Source of the DNA: an uncultured bacterium
GTDB lineage: Bacteria; Patescibacteriota; Minisyncoccia; UBA6257; 2-01-FULL-56-20
Reading direction: 5' to 3'
Assembly (NCBI GenBank): GCA_963719425.1
Contig: OY970382.1
Coordinates: forward strand, 321,246 to 385,245
Length of the DNA stretch: 64,000 bases
The position numbers and the translations under genes are program-made. The notes beneath the pieces are model-generated. The model searched no databases and had not been told where the DNA came from. It worked only from the letters and a program-made list of their open reading frames with translations. Below, piece by piece: positions 36,231 to 46,027 of the stretch (positions are counted from its first letter, which is position 1; every line of letters starts with the position of its first letter).

Positions 36231-37766
36231 ATGACTCTTCTCATTAAGAACGTGCGGATTTTGGGCGGAAGCCGGCCGTTTCCTGATTCATCCGATATAT
36301 TTGCAAGCAGTGACAAGATTTCGGCGATCGGCAACTTTCCGAATAAAAAAGCTGACGTAGTCCTGGACGGCCAGGATGCGTATTTGAGCCCCGGATTCAT
36401 TGACGTGAATACTGATTCGGACCATTATCTCACGCTGTTTGAGCATCCCGGGCAGGAGGATTTTTTGAAGCAAGGGGTGACGACCATTTTGGGCGGAATG
36501 TGCGGGTCATCGCTTGCGCCGCTTCTCTATGGCACCCTGGAATCCATGAGCAAGTGGGGCGATCCCAATCGCGTGAACGTCAATTGGCATGCAATGGGGG
36601 AGTTCCTCAAGGTTCTGGACCGGCGCCCCCTGGGCGTGAATTTTGGGACGCTTGTGGGACATGCTACGATCCGCCGCGCGATCCTCGGCGAAGCCCTACG
36701 CGATCTCACCAAAAACGAACTGGATGTTTTTTCACGGACCCTCACAGCAGCGTTAGAGGAGGGCGCCTTTGGGCTTTCCACCGGCCTTGCCTATGTGCAT
36801 GCAAGGAATACCTCGTATGCGGAACTTAAATTCCTGGCAAACGTCGCGAAGAAATTTCACAGCGTGTACGCGACCCACCTGCGGAGCCCGAGCAAGGGCG
36901 TCGCGGCTTCGGTAGAAGAAACCATCAACCTTGCGAAGGAAACCGGTGTGAAAACCCTCATCAACCATTTTGTTCCCATCGTCGGTTCAGAAAAAGAATA
37001 CGAAACCGCACTCGCGGCGATAGAGGCCTTGCCGCACGAAATGGACTTTCATTTTGATATTTATCCTTCCTCAAGCTCGCTCTTGCCCATTTATATCTTC
37101 CTTCCGCTCTGGGCGCAGAATGGCGGCGTGGACGTCATGCTCGCGAATGCGAAGGACGAATGGCTCGCGGCGCGCATACGGAAAGACATGCCGCACATTG
37201 ACGAAGAACATTTTGTGATTGCGCAGGCGCCCGGCAACGACTTTTTAGTGGGAAAATCGCTAAAGGAAGTGAAGCGCATGTATGGATTCACCGACGGACG
37301 GGATGCGCTCATCCGGCTCATGGTGACGATGAACATGCGGGGCGGCGTGCTGTATCGAAATCTCGTAACACGTCTTTCAAAGCGCGCCATCGCCTCCAAG
37401 CGCAGTTTTGTCGCTTCCAATGCTCCGAGTTTCACCGACAGCGCCGCGCGCGGCAAACAATTGAAATCGGAACGCACCACAAGCACGTTTACCAAGTTTT
37501 TAGCCATGGTAGAGCAGGAACACTTGATGCCGCTTGAAGAAGCAATAGCGAAGATTACCGCGGCGCCGGCAAAGAAGTTTGACCTTGCGTTCCGGGGGAC
37601 CATCGCAGAGGGAAATTTTGCGGATCTCACGTGCTTCAAGGGAGACGAGATCAAGTTCACCATAGTGAACGGAAAAGTGGCGATGCAAAACGGCGCATGT
37701 GCGCAGGTATTCGCGGGCAAAGCGCTCCGCCATAATCCTGTGCCGCCCGCGTCCAGTAAATTATGA
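36231..37766 (+). CDS. N-acyl-D-amino-acid deacylase-like amidohydrolase (degenerate active site)
   Basis: 'SPGFID', 'QGVTT..GMCG', 'GAFGLSTGL.Y', 'THLR', 'RGTIAEG..AD'. Confidence 0.82.
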   Translation: MTLLIKNVRILGGSRPFPDSSDIFASSDKISAIGNFPNKKADVVLDGQDAYLSPGFIDVNTDSDHYLTLFEHPGQEDFLKQGVTTILGGMCGSSLAPLLYGTLESMSKWGDPNRVNVNWHAMGEFLKVLDRRPLGVNFGTLVGHATIRRAILGEALRDLTKNELDVFSRTLTAALEEGAFGLSTGLAYVHARNTSYAELKFLANVAKKFHSVYATHLRSPSKGVAASVEETINLAKETGVKTLINHFVPIVGSEKEYETALAAIEALPHEMDFHFDIYPSSSSLLPIYIFLPLWAQNGGVDVMLANAKDEWLAARIRKDMPHIDEEHFVIAQAPGNDFLVGKSLKEVKRMYGFTDGRDALIRLMVTMNMRGGVLYRNLVTRLSKRAIASKRSFVASNAPSFTDSAARGKQLKSERTTSTFTKFLAMVEQEHLMPLEEAIAKITAAPAKKFDLAFRGTIAEGNFADLTCFKGDEIKFTIVNGKVAMQNGACAQVFAGKALRHNPVPPASSKL

Positions 37767-38872
37767 CGTTTGGGTCCGGCAGGCGCGGTCACAATCCGGA
37801 TTACTTTTTTCTCGCGATCGTTGTCATCCTTGTGGTGTTTGGGCTCGCCATGCTTGCCTCCGCTTCGTCCAATCTCGGGAAAACCCAATTTAACGACACC
37901 TATTACTATCTGAAACATCAGATCCTCTATGGTATTTCGGTCGGGATTGTCGGATTTCTCGTCGGGTATTACGTATATTACGAGCACTGGAAAAAAGTGG
38001 CGTTCATCTTACTGCTCATGAGCTTGGCGGCATTGGTTCTCGTCTTTACGCCGCTCGGCCTTCAGGCAAACAACACGAGCCGTTGGCTCCGGCTTGGTCC
38101 TTTGAGCTTCCAACCGGCGGAGCTCATGAAACTTACGTTCATCATTTACCTTGCGGCCTGGCTTTCCAATCCGAAGCTGAAGCGCGCCACCGACTTTCAG
38201 GCAGGCCTTCTGCCGTTTCTCATCATCTCCGGCATCATTGCGGGACTCCTCATCCTGCAACCGGCGACCAGTACGGTCGCCATCCTCCTTTTTTCGGGAC
38301 TCGCGGTGTACTTTATGAGCGGTGCGCCGCTGCGATACATCCTTCTTATCGCGCTCTGCGCCGTCGTCGCAATCGGGCTTGTGATTTATATCACTCCGTA
38401 TCGCCGCGCGAGGATTCTCGGCTTCCTTGATCAAAGCGCAAATACGCAGGGAACGAATTACCAATTGAATCAATCGCTCATCGCCATTGGCTCGGGGGGG
38501 CTCACGGGGGTGGGCTATGGGCAGTCGGCAACCAAAACAAGCTATCTTCCGACACCGATTGACGATTCCATTTTTGCCGTGGTGGCGGAGGAGCTCGGCT
38601 TCGTGGGCGCGGGCGCGCTTGTGGCGCTTTTCGCGCTCTTTGCCGCTCGTCTCTATTGGCTTGCAAAGAAGACGAGCAATCGCTTCGGCCGCTTACTGCT
38701 TATCGGCTTCGGAACGGCAATCGCGCTCCAGGCATTTGTGAATATGGCGGCGACCTCCGGACTCATTCCGCTCACGGGGGTTCCGTTACCATTCGTAAGC
38801 TACGGCGGCACCGCACTTGCGGTTTTTCTCACTATGAGCGGAATCGCGCTCAGTGTGTCAAAATATACATAA
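37763..38872 (+). CDS. ftsW: SEDS family peptidoglycan polymerase FtsW
   Basis: 'RWL.LG..SFQPAE..K', 'YQL.QS..AIGSGG..G.G', 'LIPLTGVPLPFVSYGG'; upstream of murG. Confidence 0.92.
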   Translation: MTFGSGRRGHNPDYFFLAIVVILVVFGLAMLASASSNLGKTQFNDTYYYLKHQILYGISVGIVGFLVGYYVYYEHWKKVAFILLLMSLAALVLVFTPLGLQANNTSRWLRLGPLSFQPAELMKLTFIIYLAAWLSNPKLKRATDFQAGLLPFLIISGIIAGLLILQPATSTVAILLFSGLAVYFMSGAPLRYILLIALCAVVAIGLVIYITPYRRARILGFLDQSANTQGTNYQLNQSLIAIGSGGLTGVGYGQSATKTSYLPTPIDDSIFAVVAEELGFVGAGALVALFALFAARLYWLAKKTSNRFGRLLLIGFGTAIALQAFVNMAATSGLIPLTGVPLPFVSYGGTALAVFLTMSGIALSVSKYT

Positions 38873-38876
38873 TGCG

Positions 38877-40010
38877 ATGAATGCTGAAACTTTCCGCGTA
38901 GTGGTGGCGGGCGGGGGAAGCGGGGGACACGTATACCCCACGATCGCGGTGATTGAAGCGCTCAAAAAACGATGCGCCGAGCTCGGAGCGCCGCTTGAGA
39001 TAATCCGCGTGGGTCCGCGGGATGGATACGAACCGCTCTTCGCCGACTGCGGCGTCGCGCTTTCGCCGATTGTAGCCGGCAAGGTCCGACGATATCTATC
39101 ATTAGCGAACTTCGTTGACATTCCTAAATTCTTTATTGGATTTCTGCACGCGCTTTTCAAGCTGTATCTCCTCATGCCCGACGTTATTTTTTCAAAAGGT
39201 GGCACCGGTGCCTTGCCTGTCGTCGTCGCCGGCTGGTTTTATCGCATCCCCATCGCCATCCACGAATCCGACGCGAAGCCGGGTCTTACTAATCTTTTCT
39301 CCGCACGTTTCGCGCGGAGGGTATTTGTGAGCTTCACAAGTGCCACCGAGTATTTCAATCCGCAGAAAACACAAGTGGTCGGGACGCCAATCCGGGAGGA
39401 ACTTCTTGCGGGACGGGTGGCCAAAGAGGTAGCGAAAGAAACGCTCGGCTTTGATCCAAAAAGTCCGCTCACGCTTATTCTTGGTGGCTCACAGGGCTCA
39501 CAACGGATCAATCAATTCATTCTTGAGGGCCTTGTCGCGCTCGTAAAGGAAACCCAGGTGCTCCATCAAACCGGCGTGGCGAATTTGCCGGAGGTTGAGC
39601 AGCTCTCCCGCGCCGCACTCATCGACGAATCGTTCAAAAACCGCTACAAGGCCATGGGATATTTTGGGAAAGACCTTTCACTTGCACTTGCCGCCGCCGA
39701 CCTTGTGGTCGCACGCGCCGGCAGCAACACCATCGCCGAGGTCGCCTCGTTCGGGGTTCCCATGATCCTTATCCCGCTTTCCGATGCGGCCAATGACCAC
39801 CAGAAACTGAACGCTTACGAATTCGCAAAAAACGGCGGCGCGGTCGTAATTGAGGAAGCCAATCTCTTTGAGGGTATCTTTCTCGGGCAACTGAGGGCGA
39901 TTCTGGGCAACGAGGAGTTACGCGCCAAGATGAGTGCCGCCGCAAGCCAGTTTTTTCTCCCCGACGCAGCGGGAAAAATCGCGGAGGAACTGCTGCAATT
40001 GGCGATATAG
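38877..40010 (+). CDS. murG: Lipid II GlcNAc transferase MurG
   Basis: 'GGGSGGHVYP', 'HESD', 'GGSQG', 'RAG', 'HQ..NA'; start ATG 38877. Confidence 0.94.
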   Translation: MNAETFRVVVAGGGSGGHVYPTIAVIEALKKRCAELGAPLEIIRVGPRDGYEPLFADCGVALSPIVAGKVRRYLSLANFVDIPKFFIGFLHALFKLYLLMPDVIFSKGGTGALPVVVAGWFYRIPIAIHESDAKPGLTNLFSARFARRVFVSFTSATEYFNPQKTQVVGTPIREELLAGRVAKEVAKETLGFDPKSPLTLILGGSQGSQRINQFILEGLVALVKETQVLHQTGVANLPEVEQLSRAALIDESFKNRYKAMGYFGKDLSLALAAADLVVARAGSNTIAEVASFGVPMILIPLSDAANDHQKLNAYEFAKNGGAVVIEEANLFEGIFLGQLRAILGNEELRAKMSAAASQFFLPDAAGKIAEELLQLAI

Positions 40011-40040
40011 ACCGATGCCCGACGACCAGGCGAGAAAACA

Positions 40041-41828
40041 ATGAATGCTGAAACCAAAACCTGCGTAAATTGCAAGAACCAGTTCGTGATAGAACCGGAG
40101 GATTTTGATTTCTACAAGAAAATGGCTGTCCCGCCGCCGACGTTTTGTCCAGATTGTAGGCTGCAACGGCGGTTAGCATACAGGAATGAGCGGGGACTCT
40201 CAAAGAGGAAGTGTAATGCTCCGGGGCACAGCGAGGATATTATTTCGGCATATTCCGATCCGAAACTCGTGGTCTATGACGAAAGATACTGGTGGAGCGA
40301 TGCATGGGACGCCGGTCAGTACGGAAGGGCATACGATTTTACGAAGCCATTCTTTCTACAATTCCGGGAATTAATGGAACAAACCCCACACATCGCACTG
40401 GTAGACAGCAAATCGACCAATACAAGCTACTGCAATTATACCGTAGAGCACAAAAACTGTTATCTCGTGAGTGCAGGATGGAATAATGAAGACTGCTATT
40501 ACGGCAACAGAATTTCATTCTGCAAAGATACGCTGGATTCATATGTGTGCCACCGGACAGAATTCAGCTATGAGAATGTGTATTGCAAGGAATCGTATCA
40601 ACTATTTTGGAGCCGAAACTCGGAAAACTGCAACAACTCCTATTTTCTCTATGATTGCCGCGGCTGTTCCCACTGCGCGTGTTGCGTAGGATTGCGCAAC
40701 AAGCAATATTATATTTTTAACCAACCCTACACGAAAGAGGAATATGTCAAGAAAATCGCGGAGATCAATTTGGGGAACCGCGCGTCACTTTCACGATTAC
40801 AAGAGAAACTTGAATCAATGCGCCTCGCAACCATACATCGGTACGCGCAGGTATACAAATCACAAAACGTAATTGGAGATAATATTGAAGAAGCAAAGAA
40901 TTGCTACTGGTGCTTTGATGTGGCGGGCAACGCGGAAAATTCCAAGTACTGCAATTGGGCAACCTACGGGATGAAAGACTGTTACGATTCAGGGCCTGGA
41001 GCAGGCGGCCAGTCAGAGCTCACGTACGAAGGGGTAAGCATCGGGGTCAACAACGCCCGTTGCGCCTTCGGCGCGGCAATATGGTACTCGCATGATATCC
41101 TCTATAGTTACAACTGCCATTCGTCCCAATATCTCTTCGGCTGCGTTTCGCTTCGGAACAAAAAGTATTGTATTTTAAACAAACAATATTCCAAAGAAGA
41201 ATATGAAGCACTCCTGCCGCGCATACGGAAGCATATGGAAAATATGCCATATGTAGATAAAAATGGAAGGCAATATCGATACGGAGAACTCTTTCCTATT
41301 GAACTTTCGCCCTTCGCGTACAATGAAACTGTAGCGCAAGAATTTTTCCCTCTTACCGAAAAAGAGAGTGCAGAAGAAAATTATCCATGGCGTACAGAAG
41401 GGGCTCGTTCGTACGCACCCACCATGCGTGCGGCTGATCTTCCCGACTCCATACAATCCGTGAGCGACGATATCTCAAAGGAAATTATTGAATGCGAACA
41501 CGCCAACGCGTGCAACGACGGATGCGCCTCGGCGTTCAAAATTATTCCACAGGAGCTTATGTTCTACCGAAAATTCAACCTCCCGCTGCCACGGTTATGC
41601 TTCAATTGCCGCCATGCGAATCGGCTGCGACAAAGGAATCCCACGAAGCTCTGGCATCGCATGTGTGCGTGCGCGGGCAAAGCGTCAGAAAATGGCCGGT
41701 ATGCTAACAGTGCACCGCATGGCCACCATGGTGTGAACCATTGTCAGAACGAATTCGAAACTACCTACACTCCCGACCGCCCTGAAATCGTCTATTGCGA
41801 GCAGTGCTACCAAGCAGAAATCGTTTAG
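40041..41828 (+). CDS. Cys-rich multi-zinc-ribbon/repeat protein, paralog 4 of 4
   Basis: Same motif set as the three paralogs at 5442-10792. Confidence 0.87.
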   Translation: MNAETKTCVNCKNQFVIEPEDFDFYKKMAVPPPTFCPDCRLQRRLAYRNERGLSKRKCNAPGHSEDIISAYSDPKLVVYDERYWWSDAWDAGQYGRAYDFTKPFFLQFRELMEQTPHIALVDSKSTNTSYCNYTVEHKNCYLVSAGWNNEDCYYGNRISFCKDTLDSYVCHRTEFSYENVYCKESYQLFWSRNSENCNNSYFLYDCRGCSHCACCVGLRNKQYYIFNQPYTKEEYVKKIAEINLGNRASLSRLQEKLESMRLATIHRYAQVYKSQNVIGDNIEEAKNCYWCFDVAGNAENSKYCNWATYGMKDCYDSGPGAGGQSELTYEGVSIGVNNARCAFGAAIWYSHDILYSYNCHSSQYLFGCVSLRNKKYCILNKQYSKEEYEALLPRIRKHMENMPYVDKNGRQYRYGELFPIELSPFAYNETVAQEFFPLTEKESAEENYPWRTEGARSYAPTMRAADLPDSIQSVSDDISKEIIECEHANACNDGCASAFKIIPQELMFYRKFNLPLPRLCFNCRHANRLRQRNPTKLWHRMCACAGKASENGRYANSAPHGHHGVNHCQNEFETTYTPDRPEIVYCEQCYQAEIV

Positions 41829-42003
41829 GACGACCACGATGCCTTTGAGGAACCTAGCGGAGGCGAGGAATTAGCACTCTCCGAGCGAGCAGAAAATTTG
41901 ACGGGTCCCCCGTGCTTGTCGCGGAGGGTGTCAAATTTTCGTAAGCAAGCGAGGAGAGCGCCCGAGCCGGAGCGGGTTCCGAAAAAGCATCGTGGTCGTC
42001 CTA
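41826..42003. repeat. 178-bp long palindromic element (REPIN/MITE-like)
   Basis: Perfect 17-bp terminal IR TAGGACGACCACGATGC (41826-41842 / 41987-42003); nested 11-bp IR GAAAATTTGAC (41892-41902 / 41930-41940) and further stems. Confidence 0.8.
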
Positions 42004-42030
42004 CAGAATTTGAGGTAAGATAGGGGAGAC

Positions 42031-43527
42031 ATGGTGGGAACAAAGGAGGAAAAGGACATGGCGGTCCGCGTGAGGATGGCGCCAAGCCCTACAGGGCCTT
42101 TGCACATTGGGACGGCGCGGACGGCGCTTTTCAATTGGCTCTTCGCCCGCAAGCACGGGGGAGTGTTCGTGATGCGCGTGGAGGACACGGACAAGGAACG
42201 CTCGGAGAAAAAATATGAAGACGAAATTCTGGAAGGCCTTGCGTGGCTTGGTTTGGATTGGGACGAGGGCCCGCTTGCGGACGGCGGTCGCCTGCCGGTA
42301 GCGGACGAAAAGGGGCCGTATGGCCCGTATCGGCAGAGCGCGCGCACGGAAATCTATAAAAAGTATCTGCAGGAGCTTCTGGACAAGGGCGAAGCGTACT
42401 ACTGCTATTGCACCAAAGAAGAACTTGAAGCGCAGCGCGAGGCGATGCTCGCGCAAGGGCTCCCGCCGAAATACAACGGGCGGTGCAGGAATTTAAAGAC
42501 GCCGCCCACAGGAAAAAGCCCGGAGGTGATCCGTTTCAGAATTCCCGAAACGAACGTGACGTTTGATGATCTTATCCGCGGAAAAGTTGCATTTGATACT
42601 TCGCTCTTTGGCGACATCGTGATCGCGAAAGACCTTGAAAATCCACTTTACAACTTCGCGGTCGTGGTGGACGACGAGCTTATGAAAATCAGCCACGTGA
42701 TTCGTGGCGAGGATCATCTTTCAAACACGCCGAAGCAAATTCTCATGCAACGCGCGCTCGGATTCGGCGAACCGCGCTATGCCCACATTCCACTCATCCT
42801 GAACCCCGACCGCAGCAAAATGTCAAAGCGTTTCGCCGACGCGGCGCTTTTGCAATACCGCGAGAAGGGTTACCTGCCGGAAGCACTTTTCAACTTTCTC
42901 ACCCTTCTCGGCTGGCATCCCAAAGACAACCGCGAAGTGCTTTCCAAAAAAGAATTGGTGAAGGAATTTGATCTCGCACGAGTGCAGCAAGCCGGCGCCG
43001 TGTTCAATCAAGAAAAACTGGACTGGCTGAACCGTGAACACCTGAAGAAGATGAGTAGCAAAAAGACCGCGGACGAGATACGCGCATTGCAACTGTTTGC
43101 ATCCGAGAACCTGCCCGAACCCGGGGAAGATGTTCTTATGAAAATTATTGACGTGGAGCGCAGCCGTGCGAACACGCTCCGCGACTTCGTAACCCTTGGA
43201 CGGTTCCTTCTTATCCTGCCGGAGTACGAAAAGGAACTCTTGATCTGGAAAGAAAGTTCTGTAAAAGAGGCCGCTGCCGCGCTCGCGGTGATGGAGGAAG
43301 AGCTCGAAAAGATCAATGCGCAGGAATTCAACCGTGAAACGTTATCGGCGGCCGTCACGCACACCATCACGGCAATAGATGGAAAGAGGGGATCGGTCAT
43401 GTGGCCTCTCCGCGTAGCGGTTTCCGGGCAGAGGGCCTCGCCCGATCCCCTGGAAATCATGGAGGTGTTGGGAAAGAAAGAATCGCTTCGCCGGATCGCC
43501 CTCGCACGCCAGAAACTAGCTTCTTAA
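42031..43527 (+). CDS. gltX: Glutamate--tRNA ligase (start may be 42058)
   Basis: 'RMAPSPTG.LHIG', 'HVIRGEDH', 'KMSKR'. Confidence 0.97.
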   Translation: MVGTKEEKDMAVRVRMAPSPTGPLHIGTARTALFNWLFARKHGGVFVMRVEDTDKERSEKKYEDEILEGLAWLGLDWDEGPLADGGRLPVADEKGPYGPYRQSARTEIYKKYLQELLDKGEAYYCYCTKEELEAQREAMLAQGLPPKYNGRCRNLKTPPTGKSPEVIRFRIPETNVTFDDLIRGKVAFDTSLFGDIVIAKDLENPLYNFAVVVDDELMKISHVIRGEDHLSNTPKQILMQRALGFGEPRYAHIPLILNPDRSKMSKRFADAALLQYREKGYLPEALFNFLTLLGWHPKDNREVLSKKELVKEFDLARVQQAGAVFNQEKLDWLNREHLKKMSSKKTADEIRALQLFASENLPEPGEDVLMKIIDVERSRANTLRDFVTLGRFLLILPEYEKELLIWKESSVKEAAAALAVMEEELEKINAQEFNRETLSAAVTHTITAIDGKRGSVMWPLRVAVSGQRASPDPLEIMEVLGKKESLRRIALARQKLAS

Positions 43528-43528
43528 C

Positions 43529-44830
43529 ATGAAGACGCTTTTTTATTTTTGCGCCCGCGGCGTCGCAGTGGTCCTCACGGCATGCGCAATCATAATAATC
43601 ATGGTGCATGCCGTGAATGCCGCCGCAGCCGCCACAACCACGCCAGCGACGGCGACCACCCTGCAAGAGCAAATCGAACAAAAGCAGCAGCAATTGAACG
43701 ACGTGAATACTCAGTTAACGTCCACCACCGCGAGCCTGAAGCAGATACAATCGCAACGCGTGACGCTCCAGCAACAACTCAACCTGATCAATGGCAATAT
43801 CAATTCTCTCAATTTGGGCATCCAAGCCGACACGCTGACCTCACAACAACTCACGTTGGAAATTGAGCAGCTCCAAAGCGACACGAAGGACATTCAGGCG
43901 TCCGTGGCGACGAAACAAAGTGCCATCGCGAGCATCTTGCAGGAAGTGGAGCGGAACGATTCCGAAAATGGGAATCTTCTCGCGCTATTTCTGAAGAGCG
44001 GAACGCTTGCGGACGGCGTCCTGGAAGCGAATTCTCTTTTGAATCTCCGCGCGGAACTTGCGACCAACATTGACGCGCTGAAAGAGCTCAATACGGAATA
44101 CACGGTGAAGATTGAGGACGGCACGACGAAATCGGGGCAGGTCACGGCACATCAACAAGATCTTCAAAATAAAAAAGCGATCGTCCAAGACCAACAGACC
44201 CAAAAGCAAACCCTCTTAAAATCAACCAAGAATCAAGAGAGTGTTTTCCAACAACAAGTGACGGCGCTCCAGAAAGAACAAGCGGAGATCGCGGCCGACA
44301 TGGAGGCGATTGCTGCGGTATTGCGGACGAAGATTGATCCCTCCACATTGCCCGCGCTCGCACCCGGCGTGCTCCTCGTGCCGATCCAGGGCGATGATCA
44401 ATCCGATATCACACAAGGATATGGCGCGACCGCATTCGCAAAAAACGGCTATGCGGGGCACTGGCATAACGGCATTGATCTTGCGGCGTCTATCGGAACG
44501 CCGGTTCTTGCGGCGGAAGACGGCACCGTGGCCGCGACCGGCAACCAAGACGTATACTGTCCCAAGGGAGCATACGGAAAATTTGTGGTTATCAACCATA
44601 CCGACAACCTCACGACACTCTATGGCCATCTATCGCGAATCCTTGTCGCAAAAGGCGATACGGTAAAGAGGGGACAGGTGATCGGCTACTCCGGTCAGAC
44701 CGGTTATGCGACCGGCCCGCACCTGCACTTTACGGTCTATGCCCAACCGACGTTCTACATGGGGCAATCGAAGGTTTGCGGACCGATGCCCTACGGCGGC
44801 GATCTAAACCCGATTGGATATTTGTTCTAA
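43529..44830 (+). CDS. Secreted coiled-coil M23 peptidase (EnvC-like architecture)
   Basis: Signal peptide, long coiled coil, 'HNGID', 'YGHL', 'TGPHLHF'. Confidence 0.88.
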   Translation: MKTLFYFCARGVAVVLTACAIIIIMVHAVNAAAAATTTPATATTLQEQIEQKQQQLNDVNTQLTSTTASLKQIQSQRVTLQQQLNLINGNINSLNLGIQADTLTSQQLTLEIEQLQSDTKDIQASVATKQSAIASILQEVERNDSENGNLLALFLKSGTLADGVLEANSLLNLRAELATNIDALKELNTEYTVKIEDGTTKSGQVTAHQQDLQNKKAIVQDQQTQKQTLLKSTKNQESVFQQQVTALQKEQAEIAADMEAIAAVLRTKIDPSTLPALAPGVLLVPIQGDDQSDITQGYGATAFAKNGYAGHWHNGIDLAASIGTPVLAAEDGTVAATGNQDVYCPKGAYGKFVVINHTDNLTTLYGHLSRILVAKGDTVKRGQVIGYSGQTGYATGPHLHFTVYAQPTFYMGQSKVCGPMPYGGDLNPIGYLF

Positions 44831-44848
44831 ATATGGTATAATCAGAAC

Positions 44849-45289
44849 ATGCTGTGGCGGCGGAGAACGCGTGCCCTTGCGATAATGGTGGCTATCGCCG
44901 TCCTCGTCATCGCCGCGACTTTCTTACAAACCGCACAAACCGTGGGGGCATACGCACTGCCGGGAACCTCGGAGGGTCAAGGAAATTCTGCAACAACAAT
45001 CAGCTTATCGTCCTTAAACTTCGGCAGTTTATTCGCCCCGTTTCAAAGCTTCCTGAACAGCATCGGTTCAGTGGGAAGTGAGGCGACACCACAACTCAAC
45101 CTGTCCGCCCCACAAACGCAATTCCTCACGACGGGCGCGCAAAACGTCTTTCAGCAATTTGACAATTGGCTTTACGGCATCATCGGGTTTCATGTTTCCG
45201 GATTCTTTGCGGCTATCTTAGGTGTTATCCTTTGGGTGCTTGGGATAGCAGAGAGTATCGTCAAGTGGCTCTTGGGGGTGGTTAAGTAG
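44849..45289 (+). CDS. Hypothetical membrane protein
   Basis: 146 aa, N- and C-terminal hydrophobic segments; TATAAT 6 nt upstream. Confidence 0.7.
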   Translation: MLWRRRTRALAIMVAIAVLVIAATFLQTAQTVGAYALPGTSEGQGNSATTISLSSLNFGSLFAPFQSFLNSIGSVGSEATPQLNLSAPQTQFLTTGAQNVFQQFDNWLYGIIGFHVSGFFAAILGVILWVLGIAESIVKWLLGVVK

Positions 45290-45407
45290 GAGATGTTTCA
45301 ATCAGCTGGTTTAACTGTCGCAAAACAGTCATTTGGTAACGGATAGCATTTGGGCGAAGGTATCCTTCCCTGCCGGGCCGGCGTTACTATAAGATAAAGA
45401 AGCCATA

Positions 45408-46022
45408 ATGGGGAAAGTTATTGTTGGCGCGCTCGCAATATTCTGTACGCTCACGGTCATCGTCACGATAGGAAATTTTCTTACCTCGGGCGGTTTGGTG
45501 CGCGCGTATCAATCGGGCGGCAGTGCAAACCAACTTACCTCCATTGATTTCAGCTTGTTTGACAAAACTGGCATCGGCAGAAGTTATATTACGCAAGGAT
45601 ATGGTCACACGTCGTTTTCATACGAATATCCAAATGGCTGGCACGATGGCATTGATATTGCGGCTGTCTACGGGGCGCCAATCTACTCCCCTGGCGGAGG
45701 AACGGTACTTGCGACCGGCGATCAGGACGATTACTGTCCACGGCGTGGCTTTGGCAAATACATGGCAGTCCGCGACGATGCGAACCACCTCATTCTTTGG
45801 TTTGCCCACCTTGGCACGATCTCTGTCTCGCCCGGTAGCGTGGTCAAAAAAGGTACTTTGATCGGCTCCGTGGGCGCAACCGGCTTTGAAACGGGCACTC
45901 ACCTTCACTTCTCCATTTTTGACGAGAATGGATTTTCTATGACCCCACGCAACGGCTGCGGTCCGGATCCGACCGGCCGCGACCTTGATCCTCTGTCATA
46001 TCTGGGGACCGTCTATAAATAA
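45408..46022 (+). CDS. M23 family metallopeptidase
   Basis: 'HDGID', 'FAHL', 'TGTHLHF'; paralogous to the C-terminus of 43529-44830. Confidence 0.88.
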   Translation: MGKVIVGALAIFCTLTVIVTIGNFLTSGGLVRAYQSGGSANQLTSIDFSLFDKTGIGRSYITQGYGHTSFSYEYPNGWHDGIDIAAVYGAPIYSPGGGTVLATGDQDDYCPRRGFGKYMAVRDDANHLILWFAHLGTISVSPGSVVKKGTLIGSVGATGFETGTHLHFSIFDENGFSMTPRNGCGPDPTGRDLDPLSYLGTVYK

Positions 46023-46027
46023 TCGGA

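Noticed and set aside
41826-42003. Integron attC site
   Set aside because: Lacks RYYYAAC/GTTRRRY core sites, is longer than typical attC sites, and no integrase is in the window.
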